Below are positions 21,082 to 30,829 of a stretch of DNA of 64,000 nucleotides, piece by piece (position 1 is the first letter of the stretch; each line of letters opens with the position of its first letter). The notes below the pieces were generated by a model that was given only the letters and a program-made list of their open reading frames with translations, ran no database searches and was not told the DNA's origin. The position numbers were made by a program, and so were the translations under genes. Origin of the DNA: an uncultured delta proteobacterium. Lineage in GTDB: Bacteria > Myxococcota_A > UBA9160 > SMWR01. The DNA lies in the NCBI GenBank assembly GCA_963832165.1, contig CAWHTE010000007.1:256001-320000 (forward strand), in the 5' to 3' direction.

Positions 21082-22669
21082 GAGGCACGGCTCCCGGCCA
21101 GCGGAGCGCCGCCCGAGCCGATCGTGTCGAGCGAGGCGTCCGCGAACGCGGGCACGCTCTGCGCGAGCGCCTTCGAAGCCTCGTGCGCGTCGAAGCGGCC
21201 GTCGAAGCCCGGCAGACCGAGCGCGGCACCGAGCGCTGCGAGCACCTCGCCTTCGCCGCGCGCATCGAACGCGGGCTCGACCGCGGGCTCGACCCGCTGC
21301 ACGCGGCCGGCGTGGTTGGTGAGCGTGCCGTGCTTCTCGGCGGCCACGCGCGTCGGGAACAGCACGTGCGCCACGCGCTGGAGGTCGGACGCGTGGCTGT
21401 CGAGCGCCACGACCGTGTCGAGGCGCGCGAGCGCATCGACGCCGCCGAGGTAGTCGGCGCCGAGCACGTCGTGACCGAGCACGATCAGCCCATCCACGCC
21501 GCCCGAGCGGATCTGCTCGCACACCGCCGCCGCGTCGCCGAAGCCGAGCGCGCGCGCGCCGGCGCCGTTGGCGGCCTTCTCGGCCTGGATCAGCTTGCCG
21601 TCGGCGCGACCGCGCGCGATCGCGACGCCGGACACACCGGCGCCCAACGCGTCGAGCAGGCGCCGGAACACGAACAGCTCCTCGTTGGTCGCGTGCGCCG
21701 ATGCGAGACCCGCGATCGCACCCGCGCCCTTCGCGTCGCGCAGCCGCGCCAGGCGCTGCGCGGCCGCCTGGATCGCGTCGGGGAATTCGCAGGCCTCGGG
21801 CACGCCGAGCTCGCCGCGCACGAGCGCGCGCCGCATGCGATCGGGCGCGCCGATCTCCCGGTAGGACATCCGGCCCTGGTCGCAGATCCAGGTGTCGTTC
21901 ACCGCGTCGTTCCGGCGCGGCACATAGCGGTACACCTTGTTGTTTGCGACGCCGAGATGGATGTTGCAGCCGTTCGCGCAACCGGTGCAGATGCCCGGCA
22001 CGTCGTCGAGGAACCAGACCCGGATCTTGAAGCGGAAATCCTTGGTGGTGAGCGCGCCAACGGGACAGATGTCGGCCACGTTCATCGAATAATCGTTGTC
22101 GAGCGGCACTTCCGGGAAGGTCTCGATCACCGACTCGTCGCCGCGGTTCGTGACCACGAGCTCGCCCGTCCCGGGCACCTCGCGGCAGAAGCGCACGCAG
22201 CGCCGACACAGGATGCAGCGCTCCTGATCGAAGACGATCGTCGGCCCGAGCGAGACGTTCTTCTTGAGCGCGCGGCGCGGCTCGCGCGAGCGCGACGCGG
22301 AGACGCCGTACTCGTACGCGTAGTCCTGGAGCTTGCACTCACCCGCCTGGTCGCAGATCGGGCAATCGAGCGGGTGATTGACGAGCAGGAGCTCCATCAC
22401 GCCCTCGCGTGCCTGCTTCACGCGCGCGCTGTCGGTGCGCACGACCATGCCGTCCTGCACGACCGTGTTGCAGGCGATCTGGAGCTTCGGCAGGCCCTCC
22501 ACCTCGACCTGACACAGACGGCACGAGCCGTCGATCGAGAGCTTCGGGTGCCAGCAGTAGTGCGGGACGTCGACGCCGTTCATGAGCAGGCCGGCGTCGT
22601 CGAGCGCCTGCAACAGCGTGCGCCCCTCGGCGACCTCGATCGGATTTCCGTCGATCGTGATGCGCGGCA

Positions 22670-22670
<1 letters not shown>
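21078..22670 (-). CDS. nuoG: NADH-quinone oxidoreductase subunit G
   Basis: Fe-S motifs CWH..GSCRLC, HPLDCPICDQAGEC, CILCRRC, CTGCANGC. Confidence 0.93.
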
Positions 22671-23965
<1,295 letters not shown>

Positions 23966-23974
23966 GGGGGAGTG

Positions 23975-24442
23975 CTAGGCCAGTGCGTCCAACAGGGCCT
24001 TCGCCTTCTCGGCGTCGAGATCCTCGTGATAGGTGTCGTCGATCCGCAGCATCGGCGCATACGCGCACGCGCCGAGGCACTCCTCGTGGCCCAGGTGGAT
24101 CCGGCCGTCGGAGGTAGTGCCCGACTCGTCGACGCGCAGGTGCTCCTCGAGCTCCCGGTACAGCCCGCGCGCGCCGCGCAGCGAGCAGGGCAGGTTCGTG
24201 CACACGTAGACGTGGTGACGCGCCTGCGGCGCGTCGTAGAACATGTTGTAGAACGAGACCACTTCCATCACTTCGACGGCGCGGATCTCGAAAATCTCGG
24301 CGACCGCGCGCGCGGCATCGGCACTCACGAACCCGATCTCGCCCTGCACGATGTGCAGCGCAGGAAGCAGCGCGCCGCGTTTGCGCGGGTACTTCTGGAT
24401 CTCGGCGTCGATGCGCGTGCGCGCCTCCGCGGAGATCACCAT
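23975..24442 (-). CDS. nuoE: NADH-quinone oxidoreductase subunit E
   Basis: VCTNLPC and ECLGACAYAP 2Fe-2S motifs. Confidence 0.95.
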   Translation of the reverse strand: MVISAEARTRIDAEIQKYPRKRGALLPALHIVQGEIGFVSADAARAVAEIFEIRAVEVMEVVSFYNMFYDAPQARHHVYVCTNLPCSLRGARGLYRELEEHLRVDESGTTSDGRIHLGHEECLGACAYAPMLRIDDTYHEDLDAEKAKALLDALA

Positions 24443-24789
24443 TCGAGCCCGCCCTTCATGTACTCGTAGAGCAGGCCTACCGCGAGCGGAATCGTGAAGA
24501 CGAACATCGCGACGAAGCCGTACCAGCCGAGCTCCTGGAACACGGCGCCCCACGGGTAGAAGTAGATCGCCTCGACGTCGAACACGACGAACAGGATCGC
24601 GACCATGTAGAACTTGACCGCGTAGCGCTGGCGCGGCGCCTGGATCTGGTGCTCGCCGCACTCGAACGGCTCCTGCTTCTCCGCGAACTGACGACGCGGC
24701 CCGATCAGCAGGTGGATGCCGAGCAACAAGCACACGATCGCCACGCCGATCACGACCACGACGAGGACACCGGCGTACTCCGCGAGCAT
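24436..24789 (-). CDS. nuoA: NADH-quinone oxidoreductase subunit A
   Basis: PFECGE, FYMVAILFVVFDVE, KGGLEW. Confidence 0.96.
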   Translation of the reverse strand: MLAEYAGVLVVVVIGVAIVCLLLGIHLLIGPRRQFAEKQEPFECGEHQIQAPRQRYAVKFYMVAILFVVFDVEAIYFYPWGAVFQELGWYGFVAMFVFTIPLAVGLLYEYMKGGLEW

Positions 24790-24870
24790 GTTGCAGCTAC
24801 CCCTTCGCGGCTCGACACCAGCCGGTGTTTTCGAGCGAAAGTCCCCGTCCCGGCGACGAAAACCGCGCGG

Positions 24871-24899
24871 AAGGTAGTGGGGGGTCCAAAGCGCGTCAA
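24871..24899 (-). promoter_or_regulatory. sigma70-type promoter of the nuo operon
   Basis: TTGACG-17 bp-TACCTT on minus strand. Confidence 0.7.
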
Positions 24900-24991
24900 C
24901 GAATCTGGCGGGCCTTCGCGCGGCCGTACCCGCGGCGTCGGCCGAGTCGCGGGCGAGCTCACCCGGGCCGAGCTACGCTGGCGCGGCTTCT

Positions 24992-25006
24992 TGAAATCGG
25001 ATTTCA
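24992..25006. promoter_or_regulatory. Fur-like 7-1-7 operator upstream of feoA
   Basis: Perfect palindrome TGAAATC-G-GATTTCA, 13 bp before the feoA ATG and downstream of TACGCT (24974-24979). Confidence 0.7.
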
Positions 25007-25019
25007 TTTTCGATCAGCC

Positions 25020-25301
25020 ATGAACGTCTCCCTGCCCATCTCGGTACCTCTTTCGCGGCTCGGGCCCGGCCAGCGCGCGGAGATCAAGGCAGTGGACGGG
25101 TCGAGTCCGATCGGGCGGCGGCTGCTCGACCTCGGCTTCCGGCCCGGCACCCAGCTGCGCGTGATCCGGCGCGCTCCGCTCGGCGACCCGACCACTTACG
25201 AGCTGCGCGGCTCGCGCTTCTGCCTGCGCCGATCCGAAGCCGAGCGGATCTCGGTGGCGCCGCTCGAGGGCGCGGCGCGCGATCCGCTCATCGCTGGATG
25301 A
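25020..25301 (+). CDS. feoA: Ferrous iron transport protein A
   Basis: RRLLDLGFRPG, RRAPLGDP, LRRSEA. Confidence 0.93.
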   Translation: MNVSLPISVPLSRLGPGQRAEIKAVDGSSPIGRRLLDLGFRPGTQLRVIRRAPLGDPTTYELRGSRFCLRRSEAERISVAPLEGAARDPLIAG

Positions 25302-27184
25302 GCGCCCCGAGCGCTGCGATCCGGCTCGGATTGATCGGCGCCCCGAACTCGGGGAAGACCACGCTGTTCAACGCGCTGACCGGGCTGCGCGCGAAGGTGG
25401 CGAACTATCCCGGTGTCACCGTGGAGCGACGCGAGGCCCAGGTGCTGCTCGGCACGCGCGCCGCGGTCGTGATCGACCTGCCCGGCACCTACAGCCTCGA
25501 TCCACTGAGCCCCGACGAAGCCGTGGTCTTGCGCGTGCTCGACGGCGAGCTCGCCGCGGCACCCGATGCGCTGGTCGTCGTGGCGGACGCGTGCAGCCTC
25601 GAGCGCTCACTGCCGTTCGTGGCGCAGGTGATGCTGCGCGAGCGGCCGACCTGTCTCGTGCTCACGATGACCGACGAGCTCGCCGCGCGCGGCGGCACGC
25701 TCGATTTCGCACGGCTCGAGCGCGCGCTCGGGATTCCCGTGCTCGGCGTGGTCGGACACCGCGGCCGCGGGCTCGACGCGCTGGTGCGGTTGCTAGGCCG
25801 CCCCGAAGAGTGGAGCCGACCCGTGCTGCTCCCGCCGAGCGATCCGCTCGAGCGCTCGCAATGGGCCGATTCGGTGTTCGCGAGCGTGGTGGGCGTGCGG
25901 CCCGGCATCCACCGCATGACCGAAGCGATCGACCGGATCGTGCTGCACCCGGTCGCGGGATCGCTCTTGTTCGCGGCCGTGATGGTGACCTTCTTCCAGC
26001 TGATCTTCGCGTGGGCCACGCCCGCGATGGATGCGATCGACGCGGGCATCGTCGGGAGCGCGGCCTGGCTGCACGCGAGCCTGCCACCCGGCCTCTGGGT
26101 CGACTTCCTGGCCGACGGGCTCGTCGCGGGCGTCGGCGCCGTGATCGCATTCCTGCCCCAGATCGCGCTCTTGTTCGGGCTGCTCTACCTGCTCGAAGAC
26201 GTCGGCTACATGGCGCGCGCGGCGTTCGTGGTCGACCGCTTGATGGGTCGCGTGGGACTCGAGGGGCGCGCGTTCGTGGCACTGCTCTCCTCGTACGCGT
26301 GCGCGGTACCCGGGATCATGGCGACGCGCACGATCCCGTCGCCGCGCGACCGCCTGGTCACGATCCTCGTGGCGCCACTCATGACCTGTTCGGCGCGGCT
26401 GCCCGTCTACGCGCTCCTGATCGGCGCGTTCGTACCCGCGGTAACGGTCTGGGGTCCGCTCGGGCTCCAGGGACTCGTGCTGCTCGCGCTCTACCTGATC
26501 GGCGGTGTGTCGGCGCTCGTGGTGGCGGCGGTGTTCAAGCGCACGCTGCTGCCGAGCTCGGCGCTGCCGTTCTACCTCGAGCTGCCCTCGTATCGCGTGC
26601 CGACCGCGAAGCTCTGGCTCTCGCAGGTGTGGAAGAGCGCATGGGCGTTCATCCGGCGCGCCGGCACGATCATCTTCACCGTGAGCATCGTGCTCTGGGT
26701 GTTGCTGCACTTCCCGCAGAGCGAGGCGCCGCCCGGCGCGAGCCCGGCCGAGGCAGCGCGCCACACGCTCGAACACAGCTTCGCGGGCCGCGCCGGGACC
26801 GCGATCGAGCCGCTGATCGCGCCGCTCGGCTTCGATTGGAAGATCGGCGTCGGCCTGCTCGCGAGCCTCGCCGCGCGCGAGGTGATCGTCGCGACGCTCG
26901 CGCAGATCTACGCCTCGAGCGACGAGGGCACCTCGCTGCGCAGTGCAATCCGCGCCGACGTCGACCCGCGCACGGGGCGCCCGGTATTCGACCCACCCAC
27001 CGTCGCCGCGCTGCTCGTGTTCTTCGTGTTCGCGCTGCAATGCCTCTCGACGCTCGCGATCATGGCGCGCGAGACCAACAGCTGGCGCTGGCCCGCGTTC
27101 GCGTTCACGTATCTGCTCGCGCTCGCGTACACGGCGAGCTGGTTCACCCACCGCGCGGTTGCAGCGTGGACTGGAGCGAGCTGA
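25298..27184 (+). CDS. feoB: Ferrous iron transport protein B
   Basis: GAPNSGKTT, NYPGVTVE, DLPGTYSL, PLMTCSARLPVY. Confidence 0.96.
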   Translation: MSAPSAAIRLGLIGAPNSGKTTLFNALTGLRAKVANYPGVTVERREAQVLLGTRAAVVIDLPGTYSLDPLSPDEAVVLRVLDGELAAAPDALVVVADACSLERSLPFVAQVMLRERPTCLVLTMTDELAARGGTLDFARLERALGIPVLGVVGHRGRGLDALVRLLGRPEEWSRPVLLPPSDPLERSQWADSVFASVVGVRPGIHRMTEAIDRIVLHPVAGSLLFAAVMVTFFQLIFAWATPAMDAIDAGIVGSAAWLHASLPPGLWVDFLADGLVAGVGAVIAFLPQIALLFGLLYLLEDVGYMARAAFVVDRLMGRVGLEGRAFVALLSSYACAVPGIMATRTIPSPRDRLVTILVAPLMTCSARLPVYALLIGAFVPAVTVWGPLGLQGLVLLALYLIGGVSALVVAAVFKRTLLPSSALPFYLELPSYRVPTAKLWLSQVWKSAWAFIRRAGTIIFTVSIVLWVLLHFPQSEAPPGASPAEAARHTLEHSFAGRAGTAIEPLIAPLGFDWKIGVGLLASLAAREVIVATLAQIYASSDEGTSLRSAIRADVDPRTGRPVFDPPTVAALLVFFVFALQCLSTLAIMARETNSWRWPAFAFTYLLALAYTASWFTHRAVAAWTGAS

Positions 27185-27203
27185 GGCCGGTAGACTGCGC
27201 GCC

Positions 27204-28064
27204 ATGAATACCGCCGGACGCCGCCCGCTCCGCGTGCTCGGGCTCTGCGCTGCGCTCGTCGCCGCCTGCACCGCCGGCTGCATGACGCAGCCCGAGCCGA
27301 TCTTCGAGGAGCAGGGCATCCGGGTGTTCCTGCGCTCGGACGTTCGCTGGATGCGCACCGTCGACAAGGGCTATTCGCACCCGGTCACGATCGCGCCCGT
27401 GCGCCTCGCCCACATCCTCTCGCGAATCGACCTGAAGCCGCCGACCGGCTTCCTGGTGAGCTTCGAGGGCGACAAGGAGCGCGTGCCCGCGATCCAGAGC
27501 GACGCCGTCTACGCGGTCGGCGAGGCCGTCTCGAAGGCGCTCGCCTCGGCCGATCCGAACCAGGAAGTGGTCGTGATGGTGATCCGCGACACCAAGCGCT
27601 GGGGCGTCTTCGACCACGACTACCTGACCAGCTTCGTCGCCTACGCGCGCGACGAGCGGCTCTACGTGCACATGTCGCGGCACGACTGGGAGATTCCGAA
27701 GACGCGCGAAGAGCGCATCCCCGAGCCGCGCATCGGCGACAACCCGCAGCGGTTCCGACTCTATACCGGGACCGCGATGTCGCTGATGAACGATCAGAGC
27801 GTCGCGATCGACTGGCGCGATCCGGTCTTCGCAAAGCCCTCGCGCACGCGCGTGCTGCCGAGTGGAGAAGTCGAGCACCGCGAGATCCTCATGGAGAGTC
27901 CGGGGGAGGTGCAGGACCAGGGCGACCCGTCGATGCGCCTGCCCGAGAACCTGTCTCCCGAGCAGCTGCGCAGCCTCGCCGATCTCGAGGAGGCGCGCCG
28001 CGCGGGCAAGATCACCGAGACGGAGTACCGCACGCGCCGGCGCACCATTCTCGGCGCGGAGTAG
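27204..28064 (+). CDS. Putative lipoprotein with C-terminal SHOCT domain
   Basis: Hydrophobic signal ending in Cys; C-terminal LRSLADL...GKITETEY; TAGACT 7 nt before the ATG. Confidence 0.65.
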   Translation: MNTAGRRPLRVLGLCAALVAACTAGCMTQPEPIFEEQGIRVFLRSDVRWMRTVDKGYSHPVTIAPVRLAHILSRIDLKPPTGFLVSFEGDKERVPAIQSDAVYAVGEAVSKALASADPNQEVVVMVIRDTKRWGVFDHDYLTSFVAYARDERLYVHMSRHDWEIPKTREERIPEPRIGDNPQRFRLYTGTAMSLMNDQSVAIDWRDPVFAKPSRTRVLPSGEVEHREILMESPGEVQDQGDPSMRLPENLSPEQLRSLADLEEARRAGKITETEYRTRRRTILGAE

Positions 28065-28117
28065 GCAGCCACAGCCGCGGAAGGCGGGATCCGCTCGCTG
28101 CGCTCGCTTCTCCCGCC

Positions 28118-28594
28118 CTACTTGTCGATGTAGCCCAGCGACTCGAGCATCTTGAGCTCGTCGCTGCCGGGTGCGGGCGCGGCCTTCGCCTCTTCGATCT
28201 GGCCGCGCAGCGCCGCATCGTCCGGGAAGCGCTTGAGGCCCTGGTCGAGCGCCTGGATCGCCGCCGCTCCCTGACCCGCTGCGCGGAGCTCGTCGGCCGT
28301 CGCCGCGAACTGATCCGCGAGCATGTTGTCGGGCCACTCGGTCGTGAGCTTCTGGAGTTGGGCGAGCGTCTCGTCGCCGCGGCCCGATCGGGCGAGCGCC
28401 TGGAGCTTCACGAGTTCGAGACCCCAGCGGTTGATCTCCTCGGGCTCGCGCGCGAGGCCGGCATCTGCCGCCGCAACCGCCTCGGAATAACGAGTTTCGC
28501 CGAGCGCCTTGCGGGCCTCGTCGAGCGCGTCGCGCGCGGACTCCGCACAGGCGAGCAGGGTCAGGACGAGCGCGACGGCGCCGATTCTCCGCAC
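28118..28594 (-). CDS. TPR-like helical lipoprotein ending in LESLGYIDK
   Basis: Lipobox LLAC after GTG 28594; TPR-like helices (AIQALDQGLKRFPDD). Confidence 0.7.
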   Translation of the reverse strand: MRRIGAVALVLTLLACAESARDALDEARKALGETRYSEAVAAADAGLAREPEEINRWGLELVKLQALARSGRGDETLAQLQKLTTEWPDNMLADQFAATADELRAAGQGAAAIQALDQGLKRFPDDAALRGQIEEAKAAPAPGSDELKMLESLGYIDK

Positions 28595-28600
28595 GGCAGG

Positions 28601-28607
28601 TAGTCTA
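28601..28607. promoter_or_regulatory. Putative bidirectional promoter driving two leaderless transcripts
   Basis: TAGTCT (+) 6 nt before ATG 28613; TAGACT (-) 7 nt before GTG 28594. Confidence 0.65.
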
Positions 28608-28612
28608 TGGCG

Positions 28613-30829
28613 ATGCGCCCGCGTCACGCCACCGCCGCCCTGGCCGCCTGCCTGATCCCGGCCGCGGCGCATGCCTACATCGGGCCCGGCGCCGGGTTCG
28701 CGTTCGTGGGATCGCTGCTCGTGCTCGTCACCACGTTCGTGATCGCGTTCGCGATCATCCTGACCTGGCCGCTCCGCATGCTCTACCGCTTTATCGCGGT
28801 CGGCAATCCGTACAAGAACGCGCAGAGCAAGCGCGTGGTGATCCTAGGCCTCGACGGGCTCGATCCGGGCCTCGCCACCAAGTTCATCCTCGAAGGCCGG
28901 ATGCCGAACTTCGCGAAGCTCGCCGAGCGCGGCGTGTTCCGGCCGCTCGACACGAGCGTGCCGTCGATGTCGCCGGTCGCGTGGTCGACGTTCGCGACGG
29001 GCGTCGATGCGAGCCGGCACTGCATCTACGATTTCCTCACGCGCGATCCGTGCACCTACGCCCCGATGCTCTCCTCGACGGCGATCATCAACCCCAAGCG
29101 GTCGGTCAACGTGGGGCCGTATGCGATCCCGCTCGGCAAGCCGCGCATGAAGCTGCGCCAGAAGAGCCAGCACTTCTGGAAGCTGCTCGGCGAGAAGAAC
29201 ATCTTCTCGATCATCCAACGCGTGCCGATCACGTTCCCGCCCGTGCCGTTCAAGAATGGGCTTCTGTTGTCCGGCATGTGCGTACCCGATCTGCGCGGCA
29301 GCCAGGGCACGTTCTCGTTCTTCAGCACCGAGTCGCGCGACGGCCAGGCCGCGTTCGTGGGCGGGGAGCAGACCGTGCTGCGGCGCAAGGACGGCGTGAT
29401 CCGGTCGCGGATCGTGGGCCCCGACCACGCGCTCTTGCGCTCGGGCGGGCGCATGACGCTCCCGTTCACGCTCGTGCCGGCCGCGGACGGCCGCAGCGCC
29501 CGGCTCGAGATCGAGGGCGTCGAGGCGAAGACGCTCGCGGTCGGTGAATACAGTGATTGGGTCGAGCTCGGATTCGCGGCCGGGCTCCGCGTGACCGTGC
29601 GCGGGATCGCGAAGTTCTACCTGATCTCGGCGGCGCCCGAAGTGAATCTCTACATGACTCCGATCCACATCGATCCGGAGCACCCGGCGATGCCGATCTC
29701 GCATCCCGAGGTGTACGCGATCTACCTCGCGAAGAAGCAGGGCAAGTTCGCCACGCTCGGACTCGCCGAGGACACCTGGGCGCTCAACAACCGCGTCGTC
29801 GACGAGAAGGTGTTCTTCGAGCAGGCGATGTGCTTCCACGAGGAGCGCGAGCGGATGTTCCTCGACGCGATCGAGCAGTCGAAGCGGGGCCTCGTCACGA
29901 CCGTGTTCGACACCACCGATCGCGTGCAGCACATGTTCTACCGCTATCTCGACCCGACCCATCCCGCGAATGCGGACAAGGACACCGAGGTGTGGAAGGA
30001 CGCGATCGGGCAGGTCTACGAGCGCGTCGATGCACTGCTCGGCAAGGTCTGGCACCTCGTGGACGACCCCGACACCACGTTCATGGTGATCAGCGACCAC
30101 GGCTTCACCAACTTCCGCCGCTGCGTGAACCTGAACAGCTGGCTGCGCGACAACGGCTACCTGTTCCTCACCGACGAGAACGCGCGCACGAGCGGCGACT
30201 ACCTCGACGGCATCGACTGGAGCCGCACCAGGGCGTTCGCAATCGGCCTGACTGGGCTGTTCGTGAACCGCCGCGGGCGCGAGCGATCCGGCATCGTCGC
30301 CGAGGGCAGCGAGTACCGCCGGCTCGTGCAGGAGCTCGCCGACAAGCTCGGCCAGCTCGTCGACCCGCAGACGGGCGAACGGTGCGTGCGACGCGTCGCG
30401 GTGGCGCACCAGTTCTTCGGCGGTCCGTACCGCTTCGACGCGCCCGACCTGCTGATCGGATGGGAAGGCGGCTACCGCCACAGCTGGGAGTGCGCGACGG
30501 GCCAGGTGACGGAAGCGGTATTCACGGACAACACGCGCAGCTGGTCCGGCGATCACTGCGTCGATCCCTCGATCGTGCCGGGCGTCCTGTTCTGCAACCG
30601 CGCGATCCGCACCGACAGCCCGCGCCTCGTCGACATCCCCGCGAGCGTGATGCGCCTGTTCGGCCAGCCGATCCCTGGATACATGCAGGGCGAGATGATC
30701 TTCGCAGAGGGCGGCGCACCGGCGGAGGTGGCGGGCATGCTCGACCCGACCACCCTCGCGCAGAGCGGGGCCGCGCCGGGCGCGCGGATCTTCTCGGAGC
30801 CCGGGCGGCGCGCCAGCAGCGGATCATGA
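28613..30829 (+). CDS. Alkaline phosphatase superfamily (type I phosphodiesterase/nucleotide pyrophosphatase-like) protein with N-terminal AYIGPGAG motif and TM anchor
   Basis: LGLDGLD, SPVAWS (nucleophile region), DRVQH, ISDHGF, SGDH; alternative ATG at 28607. Confidence 0.88.
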   Translation: MRPRHATAALAACLIPAAAHAYIGPGAGFAFVGSLLVLVTTFVIAFAIILTWPLRMLYRFIAVGNPYKNAQSKRVVILGLDGLDPGLATKFILEGRMPNFAKLAERGVFRPLDTSVPSMSPVAWSTFATGVDASRHCIYDFLTRDPCTYAPMLSSTAIINPKRSVNVGPYAIPLGKPRMKLRQKSQHFWKLLGEKNIFSIIQRVPITFPPVPFKNGLLLSGMCVPDLRGSQGTFSFFSTESRDGQAAFVGGEQTVLRRKDGVIRSRIVGPDHALLRSGGRMTLPFTLVPAADGRSARLEIEGVEAKTLAVGEYSDWVELGFAAGLRVTVRGIAKFYLISAAPEVNLYMTPIHIDPEHPAMPISHPEVYAIYLAKKQGKFATLGLAEDTWALNNRVVDEKVFFEQAMCFHEERERMFLDAIEQSKRGLVTTVFDTTDRVQHMFYRYLDPTHPANADKDTEVWKDAIGQVYERVDALLGKVWHLVDDPDTTFMVISDHGFTNFRRCVNLNSWLRDNGYLFLTDENARTSGDYLDGIDWSRTRAFAIGLTGLFVNRRGRERSGIVAEGSEYRRLVQELADKLGQLVDPQTGERCVRRVAVAHQFFGGPYRFDAPDLLIGWEGGYRHSWECATGQVTEAVFTDNTRSWSGDHCVDPSIVPGVLFCNRAIRTDSPRLVDIPASVMRLFGQPIPGYMQGEMIFAEGGAPAEVAGMLDPTTLAQSGAAPGARIFSEPGRRASSGS

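Noticed and set aside
28595..28672. Head-to-head coding overlap between the TPR gene and the first AlkP gene suggested by the ORF track
   Set aside because: The lipoprotein signal supports a start at GTG 28594, which removes the overlap.
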